NCBI GenBank assembly: GCA_002269645.1
Contig: NIVC01001430.1
Span: 1 to 64,000 of the forward strand
Length of the DNA stretch: 64,000 nt
From: Macrostomum lignano
Taxonomy: Eukaryota
Direction: 5' to 3'
Below are positions 1-12,407 of the stretch, in pieces; positions within the stretch are counted from its first letter, which is position 1, and the number at the start of each line of letters is the position of its first letter. Below the pieces are notes generated by a model. It was not told the DNA's origin. It was given only the letters and a program-made list of their open reading frames with translations, and searched no databases. Made by a program: the position numbers and the translations under genes.

Positions 1-46
1 GGGACAGGTTGATTGGAAATATTAATCATCTTAAAATTTGCAGGTA

Positions 47-985
47 GATATATTGGCAGTAAGATTTCTTATATTGGCAGTAAGATTTCTAATATTGGCA
101 GGTAGATGTCTAATACTGACAGGTAGACTTCTAATATTAGCAGGTAGATTTCTAATACTGACAGGTAGATTTCTAATACTGGCAGGTAGATTTCTAATAC
201 TGACAGGTAGATTTCTAATACTGGCAGGTAGATGTCTAATACTGCAGGTAGATTTCTAATACTGACAGGTAGATTTCTAATACTGGCAGGTAGATTTCTA
301 ATACTGGCAGGTAGATTTCTAATATTGGCACGTAGATTTCTAATACTGGCAGGTAGATTTTTAATACTGACAGGTAGATTTCTAATACTGGCAGGTAGAT
401 TTCTAATACTGGCAGGTAGATTTCTAATACTGGCAGGTAGATTTCTAATACTGGCAGGTAGATTTCTAATATTGGTAGTTAGATTTCTAATATTGGTAGG
501 TAGATTTCTAATATTGGTAGGTAGATTTCTAATATTGGCAGGTAGATTTCTAATATTGGTAGGTAGATTTCTAATATTGGTAGGTAGATTTCTAATATTG
601 GTAGGTAGATTTCTAATATTGGTAGGTAGATTTCTAATATTGGTAGGTAGATTTCTAATATTGGCAGGTAGATTTCTAATATTGGTAGGTAGATTTCTAA
701 TATTGGCAGTAGATTTCTAATTGGTAGGCAGATTTCTAATATTGGCAGGTAGATTTTTAATATTGGTAGGCAGATTTCTAATATTGGTAGGTAGATTTCT
801 AATATTGGTATTGAGATTTCTAATATTGGTAGGTAGATTTCTAATATTGGTAGGTAATTTCTAATATTGGTAGGTAGATTTCTAATATTGGTAGGTAAAT
901 TTCTAATATTGGTAGGTAGATTTTTACTATTGGCAGGTAGATTACTAATATTAGCAGGTAGATTTCTAATATTGGCAGGTAGTCT
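47..985. repeat. 21-bp minisatellite (ggcaggtagatttctaatatt) in CEP104 intron
   Basis: Direct tandem periodicity; generates the LILAGRF pseudo-ORFs. Confidence 0.95.
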
Positions 986-1031
986 ATAAAGCTGACGCTT
1001 ATTTTTAAATAAATAAATTTAACTAACCCAC

Positions 1032-1470
1032 CTGAACGCCTTTAGCGGCGCCTAGCAACTCCTTAGCAACCAATTGCTGTTTCTCCCAGTCCAACTCTCG
1101 ATCAGCTGGACAAGGCGGGGGTGGCAGGTCAAATCAAAGCCAAGATCCACGTAGGGTGATTGGTAAGCCGCGGCGGCTGCGGCCGGTGTACTTTTACTAG
1201 CTTCATCATCGTCAGCATCCAGAGGCTGAGACTGTATCGCTAGGGCAATAATTCCCACCTGATTGTATGGATTTCTCTCTGCGTTGCTATGGTTGCTATG
1301 CAGGCTGAGTTTCACGAAGCTACCATTGGCCTCTAAATGGATGGATTTTAATTCGCGCTTCTGTTTGCCCGACTGGTTGCTAAGCAACGCCACGTGACCG
1401 AGTCGGCTCCAGCGGACATTGTTGACGTGTCTAGGCTCATCTGGCGGCAGTCGCCGATGTAGAATTCGAC
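1032..1470 (-). CDS. CEP104: CEP104-like, second coding exon (two apparent 1-nt deletions); gene continues beyond window start
   Basis: Acceptor cttag|GTC GAA TTC TAC (VEFY). RLGHVALLSN..KRELKSIHLEANGSFVKLSLHSNHSNAERNPYNQVGIIAL and YQSPYVDLGFDL match CEP104 (RLGYVSL..RELKSVYV..NIYNQVALVAI; ISPLDDLAFDM). Donor CAG|GTGGGT at 1032. The frame needs one extra C near 1450 and another near 1100. Confidence 0.85.
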
Positions 1471-1534
1471 CTAAGCCGGTTTGACAAATTGAACGTAAAT
1501 GATATTGTTTTATACTAGATTATTGCTTTTCACT

Positions 1535-2090
1535 GGCGCTTGTATTCCAAATTTGGCGCTTGTATTCCAAATTTGGTGCTTGTATTCAAATTTGGCTTGT
1601 ATTCCAAATTTGGCGCTTGTATTCCAAAATTTGGCGCTTGTATTCCAAATTTGGTGCTTGTATTCCAAATTTGTGGCTTGTATTCCAAATTTGGCGCTTG
1701 TATTCCAAATTTGGCGCTTGTATTCCAAATTTGGTGCTTGTATTCCAAATTTGGCGCTTGTATTCCAAATTTGGTGCTTGTATTCCAAATTTGGTGCTTG
1801 TATTCCAAATTTGGTGCTTGTATTCCAAATTTGGTGCTTGTATTCCAAATTTGGTGCTTGTATTCCAAATTTGGCGCTTTCACTCCAAATTTGGCGCTTC
1901 TATTCCAAAGTTGGCGCTTCTATTCCAAATTTGGCGCTTGTATTCCAAATTTGGTGCTTGTATTCCAAATTTGGCGCTTTCACTCCAAATTTAGCGCTAT
2001 GCCAAATTTAGCGCTTCTATTCCAAATTTGGCGCTTCTATTTCAAATTTGGCGCTTTTATTTCAAATTTGGCGCTTCTATTCTGAGTTTG
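1535..2090. repeat. 20-bp minisatellite (gcttgtattccaaatttggy) in CEP104 intron
   Basis: Direct tandem periodicity. Confidence 0.95.
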
Positions 2091-2241
2091 GCGACTCCAT
2101 TTTCTGATTGGGCGTATCCTTTCCAATTTTGGTGCCTACTATAACAGTTGAGCATCACCATTCAGTTTTTATTACCCTAGAATGCGTCTGACTCTTACAG
2201 CACTATAAATTATTCATAAAATTTGAACAAAAAGCACAAAC

Positions 2242-2460
2242 CTTCGAAGCGATGCAGTGTGGATGCGATACCAGCTGGATCTTGCGCACTTTTAGTGGCT
2301 CCTCTAAGCCAAGAACTAATTCTTGAGGATAGAGACAGAATTTGGCACTGAGCCAACCTGTAGACCATGGCGATGGTGACTGAAGTGCAGTGGCTGGATG
2401 GCCTGCATCCTGGCTAGAGCAGTGAATGATGCTGAATGGGCTGCAGCTGATGCATTGCAT
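2242..2460 (-). CDS. CEP104: CEP104-like centrosomal/ciliary protein, first coding exon
   Basis: PFSIIHCSSQDAGHPATALQSPSPWSTGWLSAKFCLYPQELVLGLEEPLKVRKIQLVSHPHCIASK matches the CEP104 N-terminus (GWRSPRFCQFPQEIVL...RKLQLLAHQYMISSK). Acceptor ttttacag at 2474, ATG at 2460, phase-0 donor AAG|GTTTGT at 2242. Confidence 0.85.
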
Positions 2461-4135
2461 AGTGGCCACTCGTCTGTAAAATGAAAAGAGATAATCATTT
2501 TCTTGCCATATACATCTCAGTAGCTATATTCAGATTCTAACTTGCTTTAAACCCAGTAAAATCTGGAGAAAATCTATAGAGATAATAGGGAAATTTAGAA
2601 AAATAAGTTATTAGATGTAGGTCATGATTTTATATATTCATGCTTACTTAAATATAAGCCTAGTCTTTGACTTGGTAATATATTTGTCTATGAATATACT
2701 TAATTGTAAACACTTGGGGCCTACTCATATTTATATAGATGATTAGATATGACTAATGGGGACATGATAAAAATAATAAAATCATAAGTTTAATAGTTAT
2801 ATCTTCTACACATAAAAATGAAAACTCTGTGTGTGGATATACAAATAACTTTACAATGGTCTCCCAAACTGTTTAACTAAAGTATATATAGTGAAATTTC
2901 AATTTATTTTAAATATCCTACAAAATTTATATTATGTATATATAAATATATATTTATCTACAAAATATATTATATTAAACAATTAGGCTATTAATTAAAC
3001 TAAATACATTCTTATAATATACACAATGACAATACAATATAGAAGACCAAGACTGCAAGAGAGTAGAATAAGCAACCATTGCTTTATATAAATTATATGA
3101 ATTTTTGCTATTGGATTAAATATAATTAAGTTATAGGTAGTTATGGCAAATAATAAGCTATGAAGCTAGAGACTTATAGCATAAAGAAAATTATAATGGT
3201 TATTCTCATAGTCCCATGCCAATAGTGCCAATATTATCTATATTGTACTATGCCAATAATGCTTTGCCTGCATAGTAGCAAAGTTATAAGGATTTTTTCA
3301 AGTTTATATTGATAAATTAGTTGCAATTTTGATAGAATGATAATTTAATTGCTATAAGGGTTTTTGATAGTGCTGATATCAAATTTCAAATGTATGCATA
3401 TATAATACAATATACATTTTTTGAACAATATTAGTAAACTAAAATAAATAAAATCATTACAGTGTAGTTAAAGGGCCTAAGAAACTTTGGTGGGAAAATT
3501 TTAGAGTTGCATAATTCATAAAGATATATGCAACCTTATAATTCATTAGTTTCCTAACAGATTGCTATATCTCTATGCTTCAATCTTTTGTTCTGAAACT
3601 TTTATCATTTCTCGACACATGTTTTAGCTTTGCAATGACATCTTAAACACATGATTGTCTTTTGTATTTCTTGTGATACTTGCTTCCAAAATGTGTTTGC
3701 AAGGGGTGCCACTGAATTCATCTTTTGACACACTGTATTTCATGCCAATGTTTTTTCTTTAGGACAGAAAATTTCTACTTTAAAATTTTTAAGCTGAATA
3801 TGGCAACGGCGTCAGATTAAGGAATGTATCCCAAAACATAAATTCATTTTTTTAATTATCTGTTCAAAGAAAAAATATCTGTCAGAAAACCCATACATGC
3901 ATAATATATGCTAAAATTAAATAAGAGTAGTGGGCCTATTCAGCAGCCATAATTCAGCTGCCATGCAAATAAGCAGGGTAGACCTACCTAGGCCTATTAT
4001 TAGCACATCACTATATAGATAATATTGTCATATTATTATTGGCGTGGGAGTGGGACCAAGAGAATAAGCATTGCCAAAAAAATGGTTATAGAATATAAAA
4101 GAGCCCTAAAAATAAGTATCATAACTGATTATGAT

Positions 4136-4611
4136 TAGGGATTGTAATCCCAGGATCTTAGGATCCAAAAATCCCAAGATTGGGCCTAAATCCTGGGACT
4201 AATTTTAATTTTGTTAATATTTTTTTAAAGTGCTATAATATGATCATAATTCGGCTTAAAACTAGTTTATTATAGTTAAAACTAATTTCCATTATGGCAT
4301 TAATTGCCTCACATTGCATGGCACCTTTTAAAACCCCACATCACAGATTTAAATGTGAAATTTATTCCAATGTAAATTTTGATATATGATTTGCTTCTTT
4401 ACTACTAATTAGTACTTTTATACTACTTACTTAAATACATCCCAAGATAATGCTTTTTTGATCTACAAATAGATCATTAATTCTATAACAATCAAAAATG
4501 GAAGAAGAAAACATTTAGTGTATATTTTGCCTTAAAATTTCAACCCAGAAGCTTAAAAATCAGTATTTTTCTGATCCTGGGATCACAAAAAACGGGATTT
4601 TGCAATCCCTA
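4136..4611. mobile_element. Non-autonomous DNA transposon (MITE), 476 bp
   Basis: Termini TAGGGATTGTAATCCC and GGGATTTTGCAATCCCTA are imperfect inverted repeats; both ends also carry an inverted ATCCCAGGATC subterminal motif. No clear TSD. Confidence 0.6.
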
Positions 4612-7469
4612 CAACTGATAGGCTATTAGGCTATTATTCAAATAGCCTATCTATAGCCTATCTATATTTGATAGTAGGTAGGTATTCATAGCCATAGGTT
4701 AATTACCGTTAATAATCGACTAATTGTAGACTTATTACCATGATGAAAAAAACAAAACGTCATTTTAATACTTTTAAGAATACTTTAAGTAGCCATTTAA
4801 ACGATTTATTCAATTAAAAAATATAATATAGCTAAAAGCGCTTGACAAAAAATTAGGCCCAGCATTATGTTATGAGAAAAAAACTTACAAGACAGAGCTG
4901 TTAAAAGTAGTCTTGGAAACCAGAGAGTTTAAGTTTTTTGTCTAATTTAACAAATTAGGTTTCAATTTAATAAGCTCCAAAAGGTAAAAATGAACATATA
5001 TAGAAGCTCAAATAAAAATTATTCCGTAATTTACACCAATTTTAAAATACTTCTACAGCAATTGGTCAGTAATTTTTGACCTATTTAAACTGTGCCAGAT
5101 TGTTCAAAACAAACGTTGATGAGATTTTTTAGTTTGAGTCTAAAATTGCCTGTTTCTTTGAAACTTGACGTAATAATTAATTGAAATGTCGTAGCAATAA
5201 TAAGCCAAGTATGTCAACTAGTCATTTTCAGTCTAAATTCTAATCGAATACTTTTAGCTCAGTAATTAATTTCTTAGCAGGGGCCTAGGCAGACTCGCAA
5301 ATTTTAGTTAGAAGTCAGACAATAAAAATTGTCTACCTTTATTTTACCGTCTGGCGTCCATTACGGTATTAGGTTTACCTACCTTGTATTTTTAATTCTT
5401 AAGTTTTAAAAAAGAGCCTTGACTGTGTTTTACTTAGATTTTTAAGTACCAAATAAAACTGATTAACAAACAAGCGAATTGTGCTGGCTAGGCTAGGCAT
5501 GCAACTTACTTAGGCCTAGTGTAAGTATTAAACACAATTTGATTTTGACTTAGGCCCTAGTTAGTCCTACTCCTAGTTTTGCAACTAACCCAACAAAAAA
5601 TGAAACAAATCTTTAGTTTAATTTTGTTAAAAAATCTTTTTTAATTTAGCATAGACCTAGGGCCTATGTTTTTTTATTTAAACCCAATTTGTTAGGCCTA
5701 TATTATCATTATGCTAGGCCTAATTTCTATTAATTTAATGGCTTTGTATTGCATTTTAAACCCATAAAAATGAAGTCTGTCAAAATTTTTATTTTCATTT
5801 TTCAAATTACTAATGGATAAATTTAGTATTGGTTGGTGGCCACACTCCTGGATCATGTAGTATACTCCCAACAATTTGGGCATATATTGGCAATGAATTC
5901 CAAAAATAAGTATGCACAGTTGGCATGCATCACTTCTAAAAAGGTGTGCATGCATATTTGGTATACATTTTATAGAATCACAGGAAAGAGTTATTGTAAA
6001 ATAAAAAATATAAAAAAGTTCATTTTTAAGCATAAATTTCAAGCTTTCCTGGTTTCTTTAACTTGTGATAAAGTATTTAAACAAATATTTGCATGCATCA
6101 GTTTTCCACTGTAAATAGTATAGCCAAAAAAGCAGAAAAATTAACCAAATTACTTGCCAAAAAGGGTCTATTATGCAACTCAAAAATGTTGTTTATTGTC
6201 ACAATATAAAGTCTTTTATTAACGCAACACTAGCATAGCATAGTTCTGAGAATAAGCATTACTCAATTTTTTAGTGTGCATTTGTAATTGTTCAATTTTT
6301 GTTTGAGCATGCACCTAGCATGATCTGGACTTTGGTTAGTAGTTGGTATTTCTGCTTGCTTTGTTAGTAATGGCTAATTGTTAATATCTTTTATATTAAA
6401 TAAAAGAAACTAAATAGGTCTATTCTTAATAGAGTCAGTTTAAAGCTTTCAAAACTTTACATTTTATATGCATTAATACTTCTTTTTTATACTTTACTAT
6501 CTTATATTTGGTAGATAAACTAAAGTATATGATGTCTTCTTATATCTAAAGCTGAGTAGATTGATCAATCGACCGGCGGGTTTAACGCGTATCCTCCTAA
6601 ACTGCTGGCAACTCAAATGCGGGACTTATATATATCAATGCAGAATTTTCCTATGCAACAAATAGGCTATTCTAATGTTGAAATTTTCTAAATTAAGTCT
6701 GCTAAAAAAGCAGAAAACTGTTTTCTTAACCTTCTTTAGCCACTTTTTCTGCTTTGAACTGAAAATTTTCATCAGTTTTGAGTGATTGCGCCACAACTTT
6801 TTCCTATCTTGGCAGTGTATTTTCTCTCCAGTGGGGGGATGGGGGCATTCTAAGTGGCTGCGTGTGTACACTTGGACCTTGCTAACTGGCGAGCAGTGAA
6901 ATTCAATGCATGAACTTGCAAGCCTCTCACTGTAGCAGGCAATGAATGTACGCTAAAAAATTCAATGCTTTAAACTATAAAATTTCAAACACAAACTGTT
7001 CCTTGAGTTTTGAACTTTGAAAGAAGAGACTTATATTGTTGGAAAGATCTTTCGATGCTGATATAAGTTGTTTGCTTAAAGTATGAAAACTAAAAGCACA
7101 GCATTCAAAAAACGATTTTCAAGCTTTTAACTTTCTGCAGATTGTACTTATTTTTGTGAGACGCAATAGATAAATTTGGGGCTTCAATTTCTAACTGCCG
7201 CTGTGTATTGGAGGGTTGATTTATATTGCGCAATCATTTTGTTAACTTTAATTGAGACTGATACTAACTGACTGAAAAGTCAATTTCGCAATTAATTTGT
7301 TCAATTGGTTCAATTTTTTATTATTGGCGCCTTTCAACAGGAAGCACTGTGCAGCTCTAACCCTAACCCTAACCACTAAATCCTTTTCTTTGCATATATT
7401 TAAGCCAATCAATTAGAAAGCCTTTTTAATACACTCCAATTTAACAGAGTCTGTTGATTAAATTGATGG

Positions 7470-7860
7470 ATTTTTGCTTGAAGGAGATAATCTTGATAGA
7501 TATTTGTTTAACAAAGTGAATTTTGATGAATATCGGTTTCATGGAAAGGATTTTGATGAATTTAAGTTTCACGGAGAGGATTTTGATGAATTTAAGTTTC
7601 ACGGAGAGGATTTTGATGAATTTAAATTTCATGGAGAGGATTTTGATGGAGTTCTGTTTCATGGAGGGAATTTTGATGGAGTTCTGTTTCACAAAAAGGA
7701 TTTTGATGGAGTTCTATTTCATAGAGGGAATTTTGACAGATTTCTGTTTCACGGAGAGGATTTTGATGAATATGTCTTTGACTGAGAGTTTTTATGAATA
7801 AAAATCTGTTTGAGAAAGGATTTTGATGGATTTCTGTTTTATGGAGGAGGAATTTGATAG
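7470..7860. repeat. 30-bp degenerate minisatellite (ttttgatgaatttaagtttcacggagagga)
   Basis: About 12 diverged copies. Confidence 0.9.
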
Positions 7861-7968
7861 ATTTTAGAGAGGACTTGAATGATGGGATTCGGGTCATAGG
7901 ATTCAGCTGATGGATTCCGCGGTGATAGGAGTTCTTCCCGTTTCTTCTCCAGTGGAGGAGTTGGCCTC

Positions 7969-8000
<32 letters not shown>

Positions 8001-8110
8001 TTTGACAAACTTCATTTTCATAGGTTTAAAATGCAATGTAAAACAAATCTGTCAAAATTTCCAATAATTGCTAATATATTGCCAATAAATTTGTCATTTA
8101 TAATATTATA

Positions 8111-8366
8111 GATTATGTATGAAGTTTATTAATATATATAAATTTTGATATTTGATTTGCTTCTTAACTACCAAGTCTAATATGTAGTAATAGGCCTAGG
8201 TCTACTTTTATGCTTTTTAAATGTCACAAAATAATATCATTTTTCATTTACAATAAGGCCTATAGATCATTATTAACCTTGCAACAATCAAAAAGAAAAA
8301 CAAAAAATATGTTGCACATATTTAACCTTAAAATTTTCACCAAAGGCTTTTTCTAATCATGGGATT
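8111..8366 (+). mobile_element. Diverged partial copy of the 4136-4611 MITE
   Basis: Colinear blocks aaattttgatat.tgatttgcttctt, tagatcatta, acaatcaaaaa, ccttaaaattt and tttttct.atc.tgggat are shared with 4345-4585. Confidence 0.55.
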
Positions 8367-8723
8367 GGTCAAATTCTAGCCTAAGCTTAAAGCAGTAGAT
8401 TGGCTTAATTTAATTATTAACCTACTTGGAATCACAGAATTCTATGCTTAGAGTTATACATATGCAACTTCCTAATTTATACCAGCCATGTAACTTACTT
8501 TTTTGAACAAAATGCAATTTTTCTATGAAGAAACCCTAAAGCAAAATTGGTATAATTCTAGGTAAATGGTAGAAGTAATTATGACTATCTTATTAAAGCT
8601 AAAAGTTTCGTCATCTAATTAATACTATGTCTGTATTTTTTAGGATGGGATTTTTATGACTTACCCTTAGTCTACCACAATTTACAGTGTTGGCAAGCAG
8701 TTGCACATGTATGCTTGGTATTA

Positions 8724-8785
8724 TTTGTGTCTTAGAGCAAGACACTTAATCCAACATTGCTTTAGTTTACCTAGCTATAAAATAG
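8724..8785 (+). mobile_element. Diverged CORE-like fragment of the same SINE family
   Basis: tttgtgtcttagagcaagacacttaatccaacattgctttagtttacctagct aligns with 20305-20357. Confidence 0.55.
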
Positions 8786-10098
8786 GCTATTCATATTAGA
8801 ATTACTTTTTTTTGTTACAAATTAAAAAAAATAATCTATACTGTTAAATGCAATAGCTACTTTTATTGTTCATAATACTTTATAATTCTATTCTTTTTGT
8901 GATATTATTAAATTAATAATTCCTAATTCCTAGTCAACCTAATCAATATAGTTAAAAAGGAAATGTAAAAGCAGTTGTAGCATCAAATAACTATACAACT
9001 ATTTATATTATTATATTATGTTATTTTTCTTGTAATTAATGTCTAAAAAATATTATAAAGTATATTCAAAATGTAATTCTATCTCATTAGTAATCCTTAA
9101 AGCAAAAAATGTCTAACCATTGATTTTTTAATTAAAAAAATATTTTTTGCTTGAAAAATTCTAGCTATTCTTTTGTCTAAATAAATTGTTCATAATGATA
9201 TGCCCTTTAACTTGCACTTAAATATATTTATTATCAATTACAGATCTTTTTTAGTAACCAGTAGTTATTGCTATATGGTTCTAATATTACATTTTTTTAT
9301 TTTTTCATTGGTACTCACATTCCATTAGTCACTTTTATAGTCCAGCAATACTCACTAAATTAATAGAATCAAAGCAAAAAATAAATGAAAATGAATAAAA
9401 ACTTGAATAGTAGTTGAAAAATAATGAGAAAAGATTTTGATTGCATGCATGCAAAGCAAAGCTATTTTGCAATAAGGTTGTCTAGATCTAGGTATTTTAA
9501 AGTTTTTTAAGAGATTGTAATGTGTGCATTATAATAGATAGCTGCAGCTGAGTTGTTGGTTGCAAATCTGCCCATTAGGGCAGGTGTAATCAATTATTAT
9601 TATTATTATCTTATATTTCATATATACCAAACTATTATTACTACTGGTCAATCTAGCAAGTATTTTTTGGTAGATTAGGACTAGATCACAAAACTGATTA
9701 TATTATATTATGATTATTAGTACAAGCGTAATCAGTTTTTCCAATACTTTGTAAATGTGTAAAAACTGGTGCATACTTTCTTGGCCTAATAAAATTATAG
9801 AGCTATATAAAATAACACTTTGATGCCACACTTGCCTGAAGTCTGCAGAACCAAGCAGTGCAGTGTGCGCAAGAGACAGTTGCTGGTTAACTAATTAAGG
9901 GGCCATTGTGATCGCCCCTTCAGCTAATCCTTCGACTAAAAACTACAAGATAGGAGGTACATTTTTAAAGACTTTGAATTCCTAATTTAAATCGGAATTC
10001 TGGATTTTAAACAGGACAAAAAAGATCGGCAGAAGAAAAAGAAAAGGAAACAGCAACAACAGCAAGAGGAGTCTCCTAGAAGCCAGGCTTTAGTCAGC

Positions 10099-10722
10099 AT
10101 GTCTTCTTCAACTGCTGTAGTGTCGGCCGCCGAGGTTTCCGCCGCTTCGTCATCGTCAGTTCTTTCAACAACAACAGCAACAACAACAGACTCGCCCGTG
10201 GCCGCCAAGAAGAGCGTCGAGTTGCCGTCTGTGCCGCCACCAGATCCGCCTAGCACTGCCGAATCCACCGATGCTAGCGAAGCGCCAGCCGCTAGCGTAG
10301 CTCCAAGCGGCGACGGACCGCCGCTATTTGACGATAATAATGCTGCCAATACTGCAGCCTCGTCTGCATCAGCCGGAGGAGTCGGCGGTAACAGCGCCGA
10401 AGGCAGCCGAGCCAGCAGCAAGAAAGCATCAGCTTCGGCGTCTCCTGCGAGACATCCGGCGGCTGCTGCTGCGTCATCGGCTACAGATACGCTGGCAACC
10501 CAGCAGCAGCGCGAGGAACTGGAAGATCTAGCTAAACGCCTGGCTGTCTATCTGCGAGTAATGGAGGATGGCATTGGCGTGCGAGACACTCTTAACGACG
10601 ATATTGGATCCTTCTTGGAGAAGACTCTGTCTTGCGATAATCTGCGCAAAGATCGGGCTCACCTGCTGGAGCTGGACGAGTGGCTCAAGCATCAGGCCAA
10701 GATTCTTGATCAGGGCTCTCAG
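10099..10722 (+). CDS. R3H-domain RNA-binding protein (encore/R3HDM/ARPP21-like), exon 1
   Basis: Low-complexity S/A N-terminus, then IGSFLEKTL..DRAHLLELDEWL, resembling the pre-R3H helix ([25 protein letters not shown]). Phase-0 donor CAG|GTGGAC at 10722. The frame is open upstream to acceptor tttaaacag|10015, so the true start may lie further 5'. Confidence 0.7.
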
Positions 10723-10826
10723 GTGGACTTTTATACTGACCACTATTCATGGATCAATGCTGCTATATTAGTTCTTAGATAGGGTCACGACTCACCGTAG
10801 ACTTTTGCTATCTCCATTGCTTGTCC

Positions 10827-12371
10827 AGCCCTCCCAGATCTTCAGTTGCTGGGCCAGCCTTCCAGAGTGTCAGTCGCTGGGCCATCAGCCTCCCAGATTC
10901 TTAGTTGCTGGGTCAGCCTCCCAGATTCTCAGTTGCTGGGCCATCAGCTTCCCAGATTCTCAGTTGCTGGGTCAGCCTCCCAGATTCTCAGTTGCTGGGC
11001 CAGTCTCCCAGATTCTCAGTTGCTGGGCCAGCCTCACAGATCCTCAGTTGCTGGGCCAGCCTCACAGATCCTCAGTTTCTGGGCCAGCCTCCCAGATCTT
11101 CAGTTGCTGGGCCAGCCTCCCAGATCCTCAGTTGCTGGGCCAGCCTCCCAGATCTTTAGTTGCTGGGCCAGCCTCCCAGATCCTCAGTTGCTGGGCCAGC
11201 CTCCCAGATCTTCAGTTGCTGGGTCAGCTTCCCAGATTCTCAGTTGCTGGGCCAGCCTCACAGATCCTCAGTTGCTGGGCCAGCCTCACAGATCCTCAGT
11301 TGCTGGGCCAGCCTCCCAGATCTTCAGTTGCTGGGCCAGCCTCCCAGATCCTCAGTTGCTAGGCCAGCCTCCCAGATCCTCAGTTGCTGGGCCAGCCTCC
11401 TAGATCCTCAGTTGCTAGGCCAGCCTCTGAGATCCTCAGTTGCTAGGCCAGCCTCCCAGATCCTCAGTTGCTGGGCCAGCCTCTGAGATCCTCAGTTGCT
11501 AGGCCAGCCTCCCAGATTCTCAGTTGCTAGGTCAGCCTCCCAGATTCTCAGTTGCTGGGCCAGCCTTCCAGATCCTCAGTTGCTGGGCCAGCCTCCCAGA
11601 TCCTCAGTTGCTGGGCCAGCCTCTGAGATCCTCAGTTGCTAGGCCAGCCTCCCAGATTCTCAGTTGCTAGGTCAGCCTCCCAGATTCTCAGTTGCTGGGC
11701 CAGCCTCCCAGATCTTCAGTTGCTGGGTCAGCTTCCCAGATTCTCAGTTGCTGGGCCAGCCTCACAGATCCTCAGTTGCTAGGCCAGCCTCACAGATCCT
11801 CAGTTTCTGGGCCAGCCTCCCAGATCTTCAGTTGCTGGGCCAGCCTCCCAGATCCTCAGTTGCTAGGCCAGCCTCCCAGATCCTCAGTTGCTGGGCCAGC
11901 CTCCTAGATCCTCAGTTGCTAGGCCAGCCTCTGAGATCCTCAGTTGCTAGGCCAGCCTCCCAGATCCTCAGTTGCTGGGCCAGCCTCTGAGATCCTCAGT
12001 TGCTAGGCCAGCCTCCCAGATCCTCAGTTGCTGGGCCAGCCTCCTAGATCCTCAGTTGCTAGGCCAGCCTCTGAGATCCTCAGTTGCTAGGCCAGCCTCC
12101 CAGATCCTCAGTTGCTGGGCCAGCCTCTGAGATCCTCAGTTGCTAGGCCAGCCTCCCAGATTCTCAGTTGCTAGGTCAGCCTCCCAGATTCTCAGTTGCT
12201 GGGCCAGCCTCCCAGATTCTCAGTTGCTGGGCCAGCCTCCCAAATCCTCAGTTGCTAGGCCAGTCTCCCAGATCCTCAGTTGCTGGGCCGGCCTCCCAGA
12301 TCCTCAGTTGCTGGGCCGGCCTCCCAGAGTGTCAGTTGCTGGGCCAGCCTCTCAGATCCTCAGTTGCTAGG
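10827..12371. repeat. 28-bp minisatellite (cccagatcctcagttgctgggccagcct) filling the R3H-gene intron
   Basis: About 55 copies. Confidence 0.95.
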
Positions 12372-12407
12372 CAACTATACACAATGCACCGCCCGTACTC
12401 CCCGCAG

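Noticed and set aside
38-2085. Repeat ORFs (LILAGRF, YSKFGACIP)
   Set aside because: Translations of intronic minisatellites, open in several frames and on both strands.
7357-7374. Interstitial telomeric repeat (CCCTAA)
   Set aside because: Only about 3 units; too short to call.
10805-12370. Overlapping LGQPPRSSVAGPAS ORFs
   Set aside because: 28-bp intronic repeat; exon phases join 10722 to 12408 without it.
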